Positions 30,850 through 44,304 of a stretch of 64,000 nt of DNA are shown here, piece after piece. Both the position numbers and the translations under genes were made by a program. The DNA lies in NCBI GenBank assembly GCA_951406725.2, contig OX597826.1, positions 48,174,001-48,238,000 of the forward strand. Direction: 5' to 3'. The notes below the pieces were generated by a model, which searched no databases, was not told the origin of the DNA, and worked only from the letters and a program-made list of their open reading frames with translations. Source of the stretch: Octopus vulgaris (Eukaryota). How positions within the stretch are numbered: the stretch's first letter is position 1; each line of letters opens with the position of its first letter.

Positions 30850-31275
30850 TGCTTAGTGGTACTTCGTCTGGCGCTACGCTCTGAGTTCAAATTCCTCCGA
30901 GGTCGACTTTGCCTTTCATCCTTTCGGGGTCGATTAAATAAGTACCAGTTACGCACTGGGGTCGATATAATCGACTTAATCCGTTTGTCTGTCCTTGTTT
31001 GTCCTCTCTGTGTTTAGCCCTTTGTGGGTAGTAAAGAAATAGATATATATTTACACTTTAAGGCGGCGAGCTGGTAGAAACGTTAGCACGCCGGGCGAAA
31101 TGCGTAGCCGTATTTCGTCTGCCGTTGCGTTCTGAGATCAAATTCCGCCGAGGTCGACTTTGCCTTTCATCCTTTCGGAGTCGATAAATTAAGTATCAGT
31201 TGCGTACTGGAGTCGATCTAATCGACTGGCCCCCTCCCCCAAAATTTCGAGCCTTGTGCCTAGAGTAGAAAAGAA
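30850..31275 (+). mobile_element. Two SINE family A copies (tail 1, then tail 2)
   Basis: Core matches; the second copy is flanked by TATATATTTACAC direct repeats. Confidence 0.88.
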
Positions 31276-31377
31276 TATATATTTACACCTATCTACTTCC
31301 TACAAATTGTAGGAGGGGGGGAAGAAAAATCAATCTGAAAGAATCTTTGGGGATTCTTTTTATTGTTATTGCTGTTG

Positions 31378-31411
<34 letters not shown>

Positions 31412-32083
31412 ATCCCTATTTGTTGGCCCTAGTGGCTAATAAATGAAATCATTATTATTATTATTATTATTGTTGTTGTTGTTGCTGTTGCTGTTGTTGT
31501 TGTTGTTGTTATTATTAGTATTAGTATTAGTATTAGTATTATTAGTATTATTATTATCTAAACTGTAAGACGGAAAAGAATAAAAGCATCTGTTCAGAAA
31601 TATAAAGTTATTTTGGACAATGAAAGAATATTCTTGGTGGGTGGCATTTTCAGTTTGGGGGCAATTTTCATTTTATTTCGACGTTTTTTAGACCGAATTT
31701 TCACAGTTGGCATATAAGTATGTATGTATGTATGTATGTATGTATGTATGGGTGTGTATGTGCGTACCGCTTGCATAGTTTCGAGCGTATGTATTCATGT
31801 AATCTTCTAAGAAACGGATTGCATGTACCATATCCGCACGTTGTTGTTTTTTCCTCGTGTTTTTCTCTTTCTTTTTGATTGATTATATATATATATATAT
31901 ATGTAAGTATATATATATGTATATATATAGTGTATATATATATATATAATGTAAACTTGAAACCGCCTACACAATGTATCTAAATTTTCGTGTGTTCTTG
32001 ACATTAAGGTTCTACGCGAAAACAAATAGATATATCAACAAGTATTATAGGAGAAGTGTAAATAAACAGTTGCTATGTGCATA

Positions 32084-32114
<31 letters not shown>

Positions 32115-32150
32115 TTTTACACTTTATATATATATATATATATATATATA

Positions 32151-32312
32151 GGGAGAATTCACAAAAAAGCAAAAGACAAACACAGGTGGTGTAGACAACA
32201 AACAGATGTATTAGTATAACGCTCGGTAAGTGAAAAAGTCTTTAACGTTTCGACCCTACGCTCTTCCACAGAAAGGAACACAGAAAGAAATAAGGAAAGA
32301 AAATAAAGAGAG
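32151..32312 (-). mobile_element. Solo 3' terminus of the 12660 PLE family with hammerhead-like motif (32239-32275)
   Basis: Minus strand CTTTCTGTGGAAGAGCGTAGGGTCGAAACGTTAAAGAC...GAGCG..ATACTAATACA...CCACCTG...TCCC is homologous to 14600-14768; flanked by (TA)n. Confidence 0.8.
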
Positions 32313-32313
32313 A

Positions 32314-32357
<44 letters not shown>

Positions 32358-32366
32358 GAGAATATG

Positions 32367-32432
<66 letters not shown>

Positions 32433-33049
32433 TTGTTTATGTATACTTATTTACGAAAAATAAATATAACCGTTTACTTTTTACGGGTATATTTGAGACG
32501 AGATTTTTTTAATCGTATTTTTTCAGTTTTCGTTTCTTAATTACGTTTAGACTACGAACATTATTGCAAATAATTTCTAATTCATTATAGGGCATTCTTA
32601 ATGAATAAATATTCCGATCATTTGAATTAATTTGTGTAATACGAGGTCCATCTCTGGCCGGTTATCATGCACGCCTTCACAAACACTTACACACGGACAC
32701 ATTCACACACATGCATAGTTAGCGAAAACACAAAATTTAATTATTTCTACTGCTGTTTCAACGTTTAAAATACAAACATCACTACCCAGATAATTAACGC
32801 GTGATAAGCATAACGATACATAATTGATTTCAATATGAAAGAGCATCCGTGAAATCTTTGCTTGTTTACTGATCTTAGATATGATGCTCTGGGCAATTGT
32901 TTTGCAGCCAATTCACTCTCTTTATAATTACTGTATTATAATAAGATACGTGTGCTCAACATTATATTATCCGTTTAGTGAATATATTTTACAGTAGTTA
33001 AATACTGTGACTATGCAAACACACAATCCCATATGTGTATACATAAATG

Positions 33050-33101
<52 letters not shown>

Positions 33102-33103
33102 AA

Positions 33104-33148
<45 letters not shown>

Positions 33149-33170
33149 TATATAGAGAGAGATAGATAGG

Positions 33171-33222
<52 letters not shown>

Positions 33223-33226
33223 CAGG

Positions 33227-33265
<39 letters not shown>

Positions 33266-33505
33266 GTAGGTAGGTAGGTAGGTAGGTAGGTAGGTAGGTA
33301 GGTAGGTAGGTAGGTAGGTAGGTAGAAAGAAAGATAATAATAATCATACTTTCTATTATAGGCACAAGGCCTGAAATTGTGGGGGAGGGCGCTAGTCGAC
33401 TACAGCGACCCCAGTGCGTAACTGGTACTTATTTTATTGACCCCAAAATGAGGAAAGGCAAAGTCAGCCTCAGTAATAATGATGATGATAATAATAATAA
33501 TAATA

Positions 33506-33550
<45 letters not shown>

Positions 33551-33639
33551 GTGAGGAGGAGGAGGAGGAGGAGGAGGATGAAGTTCAAGGACAGTGAAGA
33601 AGAGGTGAGAGATGATGAGATTTGTAGGAAGGAGAGAAC

Positions 33640-34320
33640 GCACCCTATGAAATACTGTTTGTTACAGTTGGCTAGTTTGCAGTGAGTAGTTGGGACGTTT
33701 GGAAGCTTGCAATGCAATAAGCTGTGTTAAAATGGGCAAAAGCGCCACAAAAACCTATGAAGTGCTCCAGACCGCTTATGGTTTAACATTTTTGCTAGCA
33801 GAGGAAAGAAATTCAAAGACAGCGAAACAGGGAAGAAGAGGTGAGAGGTGATGAAATGGCTGGGAGGGAAAGAGATGCCAGGACATTAGTGCTGGTTGAG
33901 ACAATTCGCAATTTTATGGAATAGGACCGTCGTGTGTCTTTAGAGACAATAAATACACAGTATGGAGTTAGTATGGCGGCTGTACACAGTATTATTCAAG
34001 AAGATCTGAACATGCACAACATTTGTGCAAAGCTTGTACCAAGGGTGCTCAGTGATGACTGCTTTGCAGGGATGGGCATTAAAACTATCCCTCGACCTCC
34101 CTACAGTCCAATCCTTGCTCCCTGTGACAAATTGAATGAAAACCTCAGGGGCAAACGATTTGAAGATACAGGAAGACTTAAGGGTTATGAATTGTCTGGA
34201 GCGCTACGGCATGTGCATTGAAGTCAGATCATTCTACTCTGAAGGAGTTTTATTCTTCCTTGGCATTAATAAATATCTCTCCTGAAAAAGTCTAAGAACT
34301 TCTTAAATGCACGTCGTGTA
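33640..34320 (+). mobile_element. Mariner transposon relic (internally deleted, degenerate)
   Basis: Translations MGKSATKTYEVLQTAYG, DRRVSL..VHSIIQEDLNMHNICAKLVPRVLS (WVP motif) and PPYSPILAPCD (YSPDL motif); TIR-like end at about 34290-34320. Confidence 0.85.
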
Positions 34321-34578
34321 ATTTGGACTTTTGGGGCTCGTCGCTTATGTGAATGAAAATAACATGGCGAACAGTGGAGTTTTATAGCGATTGCAGTTCT
34401 GGGAAAAAAGTGACATGGCAAAGTTTTGAGTAGGCAGGTTACATATATCATAATATCTTTAAACTTACCCACTCCTTTAAAAAAATGCCCGTAAAAATAC
34501 CTTGAGTTCAACCGAGCGAGTTCGGCAGGAAGTGCTATGCAATTTGCTAGGGTGAAGGTGCAGGAGCCATTGTATTGT

Positions 34579-34615
<37 letters not shown>

Positions 34616-35194
34616 AGAAGAAGAAGAAGAAGAAGAAGAAGAAGAAGAAGAAAAAGAAAAAGAAGAAGAAAAAGAAGAAAGAAGAAGAAGAAGAAGAAGA
34701 AGAAGAAGAAGAAGAAGAAGAAGAAGAAGAAGAAGAAGAAGAAGAAGAAGAAGAAGAAAAAGAAGAACAAGAAGAACAAGAAGAACAAGAAGAAATGGCT
34801 TGTCTAAACCAATGATTGTGGCATTTCGGCGAAGTTATTCTCAGGCAATTAGTCGAAAGCATTTTTCTTTTCAATTACAATAATTTTTTTTTTTTTGAGG
34901 TTGTCGTTTAAGATGTGTATGTGTGAGTGTGTTTTTGTGTGTGAAACTGTTTGTGCGTGTTTTCTGTGTGTACGTATGTCTGTGTGATGTGTGTGTGTGT
35001 TCGTGCGCGTGTGTGTGTATGTACGTCTGTGTGTATATGTGTAGTAGCAGCAGCAAAAATCTCAGATATTGTTTTTATCTTTCGTTTATTTATGTCGATC
35101 ATTGGACTGCATCCGTATTTTGAATAGTTTCGAAGAAATCGAGACCAGAATTTATTTTGATTCCAGATATTGATTCTATCATTCTCTTTAGTCA

Positions 35195-35367
35195 AACGCT
35201 GTGTTTGTCCCCATAGCATTGCTTGACAATGTCCCCGTTACTTAGCGGTTCGGCAAAAGAGACTGATAGAATAAGTACTGGGCTTACAAAGAATATGTTG
35301 CTCGATTAAAGGCGGTGCTCCAGCATGGCCGCAGTCAAATGACTGAAACAAGTAAAAGAGTAAAAGA

Positions 35368-35370
<3 letters not shown>
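35195..35370 (+). mobile_element. SINE family B 3' half
   Basis: TGTCCCCGTTACTTAGCGGTTCGGCAAAAGAGAC...GTAAAAGAGTAAAAGAG. Confidence 0.85.
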
Positions 35371-35433
<63 letters not shown>

Positions 35434-35439
<6 letters not shown>

Positions 35440-35771
35440 CAAAATGGGACAAGAACGCAAAACATCTGGACAGCTAGGTGATACAAAAATGGGACAACAA
35501 AACATCCAGATAGACGATACAAAGAAAACAAGGACTGGTCATTCGGAGTTTTCTTTCCTCAGTCAAGCACCAGATTATCCTAGCAATTTCGGCTGATTAG
35601 ACTTGAGATCGCCCCAATCTGGCCAGCGCCAAGGAAAAACTAAGCTAAGAGCATTAGATACCTTAGAAGAAAGCAGCGAACGTATACAAAAGCAAGGACC
35701 GAAAGAAAACGGACTTTACACAAATACAATAAAAATAATAACAGGACATGTTTTACGTTCTTGTCCCATTT
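35434..35771. mobile_element. (TA)n-embedded unclassified element with 24-bp inverted ends
   Basis: AAATGGGACAAGAACGCAAAACAT (about 35442-35465) vs ATGTTTTACGTTCTTGTCCCATTT (35748-35771); (TA)n on both sides. Confidence 0.6.
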
Positions 35772-35793
35772 ATATATATATATATATATATAT

Positions 35794-35945
35794 TTAATCC
35801 AAACAAGAAAACACAGAAAAAAAGAGAAAAAAACAAAAAAAAAAACACACCAACGCGAGGACGTGGAACAATTAAAGTATTATTGACGCTCAGGAAAGAA
35901 GGGAAGGAGGGTTTAACGTTTCGAGCGGAGCTCTTCGTCGGAATA
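35794..35945 (-). mobile_element. PLE-type 3' terminus with hammerhead-like motif (35911-35945)
   Basis: Minus strand CCGACGA-A-GAGC(TCC)GCTC-GAAA-CGTTAAA followed by TTCCTGAGCG..TAATAC, as in 14687-14707; flanked by (TA)n. Confidence 0.7.
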
Positions 35946-36613
35946 TATATATAAACATACATATATGCATGCATGGATACATACATACATACATACATAC
36001 ATACATACATACATACATACATACATACATACATACATACATACATACATACATACGTACGTACATACATATATACATTGATATATTTATTGTGTAAACA
36101 TATATACGTCTATATATATTCCTGAGTATTCCATAGACATATCTTTAATTTTATATACAGTGATACTGTGTGACAATGTTGGACCATTGAGTTATCAATG
36201 CAATCAGTCGTACTATTCCCGCCGACCCAATTTTAGTCAGAAATTTTGGATTAAAAACAGTGGTAAAAAAAAAAACCAAGGCAAAACACTTGCATAAGAT
36301 GCCACGGATTGGGATCGAACGCATGGTTTCGCGAAATATATGAGTGTGAGAGAGACAGGACAGTGACTGACGAACAGAGAGATCGAATGCGTATGTGCGT
36401 CAGTCTACGTGTGTATGTATGTACATAACACCTGGCAAGTTTCCAAAACGTATTTAATACAATAATACAATAACGTGAAACATTCTACCATTTCTGGGTT
36501 ACTAATTGTATGCGTGTCTTTGCGTTTATGTGTATACATATATCCGTGCACAAGTGCGTGCATAAATATATACGTGTGCATATGTATGTGTGTGTGTGCG
36601 TTTATATGTATAA

Positions 36614-36619
<6 letters not shown>

Positions 36620-36671
<52 letters not shown>

Positions 36672-36959
36672 ATATATATGTGTGTGTATGTATGTATATG
36701 TATAAGTATATATAAGTACTATTTAAATGTAGGAGTATATTTACGTGTAGACGTACTTTATTCATATACACACATATATATGTGTACATGTGTGCGTGTG
36801 TGTGTGCGCGTGTGTGTGTGCGCGTGTGCGTGCGCGTGTGTGTGTGTGTACACACGCACTAATACATACATAAACAGATACATATGTAAATATATATATG
36901 TAGCTATCTATCTATCTGTTTATGTATGTATGTATTAGTACGTGTGTATACATACACAC

Positions 36960-36990
<31 letters not shown>

Positions 36991-37101
36991 TACATGTACA
37001 CATATATATGTGTGTATATGAATAAAGTACGTCTACACGTAAATATACTCCTATATTTAAATAGTACTTATATATACATATACATATAGATACATACTTA
37101 C

Positions 37102-37145
<44 letters not shown>
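36620..37145. repeat. Local inverted duplication (arms about 36620-36850 and 36945-37145)
   Basis: Non-microsatellite core TATATAAGTACTATTTAAATGTAGGAGTATATTTACGTGTAGACGTACTTTATTCATATACAC recurs as its reverse complement at about 37010-37075. Confidence 0.9.
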
Positions 37146-37154
<9 letters not shown>

Positions 37155-37188
37155 TTTATGTATATATGTATATACGTAAATAAGTATG

Positions 37189-37219
<31 letters not shown>

Positions 37220-37672
37220 GTAAGTACGTACGTATGTATATACTTTCCACGTCATTGAAACTATTGTTATTAAGATACTTGGAATTATCCCAGATGTTAT
37301 ATTTCCAAATATCAGCTTTAACAATGGTTCCATTATCAATTGTTTTTCGTCCCATTTTCTTTTCGTCTTTTGTGTTTTTCTTCTTATTTCTGTCAGTATT
37401 TTTTTAACACAGATAAAATATGTCAACAGATCTTTCACTATTTTTCTTCTTCTTCTTCCTCTTCTTCTCCTACTTGGAGTCGAGCTATCGGAATCGTTTG
37501 CGAGTCGGGCAAAATACTTACAGGTTTTTTTGTTTTTTTTCTGGCTCTTTCCGTTCTGAGTTCAAATCACAATGACGTCGAATTTTCCACTTATTTTTGG
37601 GGAGTTGATAAACTAAATACCAGTCAAGTAATCGACTGACACTCAACCTAATGAAATTAGTGCGAAAATTTT

Positions 37673-37910
37673 AAACAATTGCAGCGTGGAAGGTGTTTAT
37701 TATAAGCCATTTAAGAAACACACAAAAACCGTTAAATTCACTTCAACATTTAAATTTAATTTGTCAAAATATTTTCGTCGCTTTGAGACCGCGACCTGTT
37801 CACTGACAAAGTTCCGTGCTGCATCTTATAAACACCTTCCACGCTGCAATTGTTTCCCTTCCAGTACGCGATCTCAGATCAGGTCACTTGCTATGCAAGT
37901 ACATCTCCGT
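37673..37910. mobile_element. Short hammerhead-bearing element, 5'-inverted copy with 14-bp TSD
   Basis: Homologous to 57538-57742. 37673-37822 is the inverted 5' part and 37823-37910 the sense 3' part. AATTTTAAACAATT at 37667-37680 and 37911-37924. Confidence 0.8.
37760..37810 (-). ncRNA. Minimal hammerhead-like ribozyme with G3:C8 core
   Basis: Minus strand TTTGTCA-GTGAACA-G-GTCGC(GGTCTCAAA)GCGAC-GAAA-ATATTT-TGACAAA. Confidence 0.65.
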
Positions 37911-38745
37911 AATTTTAAACAATTATTATTAATAAAAGCGGTGAGCTGGTAGAATCTATTTATACAGTCGTACACACATACGCCAACGCAATGTCATACA
38001 GTATGCTCACATACACACAGCTATACACAAGCATGCCTAGACATACAAACATATACAAAACATATTCTCACCTCTAATGGTTGTATAAAACACATACATA
38101 TATACGGCCTCTAACTCATGGATAAACTCTTCTAAAATTCTTTTAAAATTCCTCGTCGGTGATTTGAAAATACCATTTCATCATTCATTTCATTCATTTA
38201 TCGTGTGGATTTCATCATCGTTAGACATTACTGCCACGAAACTTTCTTTTCTTTTTCCTATTATTTTACATCCTTGTTCTGTTCTTGACAAAGCACCACT
38301 GTCCGAAATATTAAACTTCCCTTTATTTCTTGCATTCAGCGTAAAATTAATTGCCTTATAAGTCCTACTATGATTTTTGCTGTTATTTTTTCTTGAAATA
38401 TTTTGGGATCGCAATAACATATGCCGACGCACTCCTGTCTCCGGATTACCACTAGATTGTATATAAACTTACGCAACAATATATGTTTTGCTGAAACTAC
38501 TATCACTTCATAACTGAAGAATTCTTCTTCGTGTTTTTACAGACAGAAATAAGGTCCCATTCTTTTACAATGAAAGAATTGTATTTTCTACTGAATGTAC
38601 CAGAAGCAAATCTGAAGATTCATTCTTTCTGATATGTATGCCAGTACCAATAATTTCTACCTTAGTCACAAGGTCGCAGAGATTTTTGGTACCTTATCAA
38701 CATTTCTGACTAAAGAAGTCTTTGATCAGAACTAGCCAGGAGCAA

Positions 38746-39051
38746 GTGGAGGCACATGGCCTAGTGGTTAGAGCAGCGGACTCGCGGTTAAGGGATCGCG
38801 GGTTCAAATCTTAGACCAGGCGATGTGTGTGTTTATGAGCGAAACACCTAAGCTCCATGCAGCTCCGGCAGAAGGTAATGACGAACTTCTGCTGACTCTT
38901 TCACCACGATTTTCTCTTACTCTTTCCTCCTGCATCTAACAGCTCACCTGTGACGGACCGGCGTCCCGTCCAGGTGGGGAAGCTATACGCCAAGGAAACT
39001 GGGAAACCAGCCATTATGAGCCAGGCATGGCTTGAGAAGGAACAAACAACC
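38746..39051 (+). mobile_element. tRNA-derived SINE family C with V-domain-like block
   Basis: TGGCCTAGTGG (A box) and GGTTCAAATC (B box); CCTGTGACGGACCGGCGTCCCGTCCAGG resembles the V-SINE conserved block; AAC-rich tail. Confidence 0.75.
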
Positions 39052-39519
39052 CGGAGCAAAACGTCGTGATGACGACGACGACGATCACAAAAAAAAACAA
39101 TAATAACATTCAAAATTGGAAGTAGAATAATTTTAATTCATTTTTCAGATACAACACAATTTTTATTTTAAGTAAACAACGGAAATTAATTTGAATAACA
39201 GCAATCTCTGCTATAGAGATGATGATAATGATGATGACGGTGATAATAAGTAGGAGGAGGAGAGAGGCGGAGGAAAGAGAGGAGAATCGGGATTGTGAGA
39301 GTAGTGGGTGTATGCTGAAGTTCAGGAGGTTACTGGTAGTGGTGGTGGTGATGATGATGATGATGATGATACAGATAAAGATGATGATGGTGGTAGTGGC
39401 AGTGGTGGTGGTGGTAGTGGTAGTAGTAGTGATGATGATTATGATGACGATGATGATGATACAGATAAAGATGATGATGGTGGTAGTGGCAGTGGTGGTG
39501 GTGGTAGTGGTAGTAGTAG

Positions 39520-39554
<35 letters not shown>

Positions 39555-39984
39555 ACATGATGATGGTTAGGGTGGTGGTGATGGCGGTATGGTGGAGATA
39601 GCGACGGTGGTGCTGATGATGAGCTTGAAGTTTTCACCTGTTTCAATCGTAATAAAGATGGTGATTATAACGATGATTGGCAATAGTGAGGTGGGATGGG
39701 GTGGGGTGGTTTTGTTTGAGATCTGTCCCGATTTGTGTTCGATACTGAAGGTATCCTATCAACCCCGTCACCACCCTACCACAAAGATAAAAGGCAAAGT
39801 CAACCACCAAAGGAACTCGAACTCACAACAATAAATTTCCAAAATATCCAAAGAGCCCCTTGGAAGGAACGTCTTCATGGCAGCTTGACGTACTAGATAT
39901 GGCAGCTAAATCTCCCTCGAATCACACCACCGTAGTGTTGTAATTGATGAAAGGTCACAATGGAGTATATACGCCCGTATATTT

Positions 39985-40715
<731 letters not shown>

Positions 40716-41531
40716 TGCTTATATAGACTATGTTTGAATAAAGGACAGGATGGCACGGCTGGAACAGTTTGTCGCGTTAGTTGATCTGCTCGAGCTGAGC
40801 TGGGCTGGGGCTAAATAACAACAACAGCAACAACAACAGCAACAACAGGAACAATAGTAACAGAAAATTACCAACTCAAAGTACAAAAATATATTAACAA
40901 ATGCTGCCTTCTTCTTTACCCCTGCTTCCTCACCCCTATCGACACCACCAACAACAACAACATCAACACCACCACCACCACTACCACCAACATCAATACC
41001 GACACCAACGACGCCATCATCAGCACCATTCAAACTGTCATCACCACCGCCACCACTAATGTCATCACCACCAGCGCCACCATACTAGCTAAAGATAAGT
41101 GACTTGTAGTGTTGCTACACTGTAATATAACCAGATAGTGGTGGAGGTGTTGGTGTGGTGGTGTCTTGATGTTGTTGTTGGTGTTGTTGTTGTTGTTGTT
41201 GTTGGTGTTGTTGGTGGTGGTGGTGGTGAGATGTTGGAGATAATGATTGTGATGATGACAATGTAGATGATGATAACAATGGCTGTAATACTAGTGGTAG
41301 AGGTGGGGGTGGAGCGTGGGGTGGAGCGTGGGATGGAGCGTGGGGGTGGAGCGTGGGGGGGTTGAGCGTGGGGGAGTGCGGAGGGTGTGGGGAAGTTTGG
41401 CGTGTGTTTGTGTATGAGTCTGCAAGCCTGTGCACATGGATGTGCGTGTGTTTGAATAATGACTGCGATGGTGTTGCCTCTGCTGCTGATGATAACGACG
41501 ACGACGATGATGATGATGATGATAATAATGA

Positions 41532-41565
<34 letters not shown>

Positions 41566-41573
41566 GGTGGTGA

Positions 41574-41607
<34 letters not shown>

Positions 41608-41638
41608 GGTGGTGGTGGTGGTGGTGGTGGTGATGATG

Positions 41639-41670
<32 letters not shown>

Positions 41671-42009
41671 GATGATAATAATGAAGATGTTGATGATGAT
41701 GATGAGGAGGAGGAGAGGGAAGAAGAGGAAGTGGAGGAGGAGAAGGAGGGGAGGATGGTGTTGGTAGTAGTGACGGTTTTGGTAGCGGTTAAAATGCATG
41801 TGAATAGGTGTTTGCGTGCATGTGTGTATACATACATAATACATGTGTGTATATATATACACACACACACACATATATATAGGTGTGGGAAGAGAAGGAA
41901 GTGAAAGAGGAGAAGGAGGAGGAGGAGTATGGTCTTGGTAGTGGTGACTGTTTTGGCAGCGATTAAAATGCATGTGAATATGTATGTTTTATGTACGTAT
42001 ATCTACATA

Positions 42010-42160
42010 CATACGACGGGCTTCTATCAGTTTCCCTCTACCAAATCCACTCACAAGGGTTTGGTCGGTCCGAGGCTATAGCTGAATACACTTGCCCAAG
42101 GTGCCACACAGTGGGACTGAACTTGGAACCATGTAGTTGGGAAGCAAGCTTCTTACAACA
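42010..42160 (-). mobile_element. SINE family B head fragment
   Basis: ACGACGGGCTTCTATCAG...GGAACCATGTAGTTGGGAAGCAAGC. Confidence 0.85.
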
Positions 42161-42574
42161 ATATAGATATATTTTATATATATAGATATACATATATACA
42201 TACATACATATATTCCTGTTATTCTCCTTGTCCTGTCTTTTACTGTTTATATTTTGTACTGTCTTTACTGTCCTGTTTTTATTACCATTTTTACCCCTCA
42301 AATTTTATTTAATTTGCTTTTGCAGGAAGGACTGTTTCAACGAAGTCGTGTCTCGCTTTTACCTTCGAAACGCGGAGTAGATGAAACAAAGGCGGCTGAG
42401 GAAGGAGAATTTTCCTTGCGTTTTCCTCCTATTTTTTCGTTGTTTAAGAAAAATGTCCATTTCTTTCGTTTCTCATTGTGTTCGACGTTTTTTTGGTGTC
42501 CTGTACCCATATATGCATGTATATATACATATAGATGTAGGTACGTACATATATGTATATATATGCGTATATAT

Positions 42575-42676
42575 ATGGATGCGTGCGTTCCGTCATATAA
42601 TAATAAATTAATAAATAAAACATATGCATGTTTTATTTATTAATTTGTTATTATATGACGGAACGCACGCATCCAT
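42575..42676. repeat. Near-perfect 102-bp palindrome (49-bp arms, 4-nt loop)
   Basis: ATGGATGCGTGCGTTCCGTCATATAATAATAAATTAATAAATAAAACAT-ATGC-reverse complement with a single T:G mismatch. Confidence 0.92.
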
Positions 42677-42698
42677 TAAGTAAGTTTTATCTATCTAT

Positions 42699-42747
<49 letters not shown>

Positions 42748-42760
42748 GTATGTATGTATG

Positions 42761-42818
<58 letters not shown>

Positions 42819-42822
<4 letters not shown>

Positions 42823-43071
42823 AGGCACATAGCTTAGTGATCGTGAGGTCGTGAGTTCAATTCTCTGCAAGATCATACAAATACACACGTTGCTCCAAAA
42901 AAGCAAAAATGAGTAGTTTCTGTGTCACGCTGAATCTCCCAGAGAACTACGTTAAGGGTACACGTATCTGTGGAGTGATCAGACACTTGCTCGTCTAATT
43001 TCACGACCAAGCTGTTCCGTTGATCATATCAGCTGGGACCCTCGTCATCGTAACCAACAGAGTGCTCCTTC

Positions 43072-43141
<70 letters not shown>

Positions 43142-43480
43142 TTGTGTGTGTGAAGCTTGCTTCCCAACCACATGGCTCCGGGTTCAGTCCTACTGCGTGG
43201 CACCTTGGACAAGTGTCTTCAACTATAACCTCGGCCCGACCAAAGACTTGCGAGTGGATTTAGTAGACGGAAACTGAAAGAAGCCCATGTGTATGTATTT
43301 GTGTGTCCGTGTGTGTCCCCCACCATCGCTTCACACCGATGTTGGTGTGTTTACGTCCCTGTTCGGCAAAAGAGACCGATAGAATAAGTACTATGCTTAC
43401 AAAGAAGTCCTGAGGTTGATTTGTTTGACTGCAGCCATACGGTGCTCCAGTATGGCTGCAGTCAAGTAACTGAAACAAAA
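42819..43480 (+). mobile_element. Diverged SINE family D (42819-43068) followed by SINE family B (43150-43480)
   Basis: GATCGTGAGGTCGTGAGTTCAA head shared with about 52457 and 62480; family B motifs downstream. Confidence 0.7.
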
Positions 43481-43633
43481 GAACACGCGGACACACACAC
43501 ACGCAAACACACACACATACACATATATATGTACGCACATACACACATACGTACACACATATATGAATAGATGGATATGTATGTGTGTGTGTCCTTGTTT
43601 ATTTATGTTTATATACATGTTGATATAAATACA

Positions 43634-43683
<50 letters not shown>

Positions 43684-44264
43684 CAAATACATATGCGCGT
43701 CTATATATATATATATAGACAAACACACAAATACATATGCGCGTGTCTGTGTGCGTCCGTGTGTGTTTGTGTGCGTCCGTGTATATGTGTGCGTGCGTGT
43801 ATGTATGTTTGGTAAAGGTGAAACAAGAGGGGTGTCTATTCCTGTGGTATGGCGAGGGGTGTGTGTAATGCAGTATAGTGTGTGTTGCGGTGTGGTTTAT
43901 GTAAAAGAGTGTCTGTACACAGTAGCTACAAGTTGACTGATCTATCATTACAGAGCCACATTTTATTAAGAGAAACAAACTTCCCATCATTCTTTATTTC
44001 TTTGTTTCTTTCTTCATTATCTTTTGTTTTTCGTATTTTTATTTTTGAAACTTCTTACTTTTGTTTTCCTCCATTGCTAGATATAGTGGTGGAAACGGGG
44101 TAGAGTGGAATTTGGGTGGGTGGAGTGGAATGTAGTGGTGGGGCTGGAAATGGAAGGGTGTTTAACAAACAATACACCAACTGAACCAACAACTGCATTT
44201 GGCCCACCCGCACACCCACCCAGCCGCTTTCTCATCCCGTACCTACTTCCACCCCGATTTCTCT

Positions 44265-44304
<40 letters not shown>

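Noticed and set aside
38190-38470. Minus-strand ~90-codon open frame; similar case at 10018-10192 (+)
   Set aside because: No recognisable motif or convincing splice sites; probably chance or unrecognisable TE debris.
38746-38825. tRNA gene
   Set aside because: A/B boxes are present but no acceptor stem closes; it continues into a SINE body. The same applies to the other SINE heads.
39350-39550. Short direct duplications in low-complexity DNA (also 41750-41980)
   Set aside because: Ordinary slippage duplications within trinucleotide tracts.
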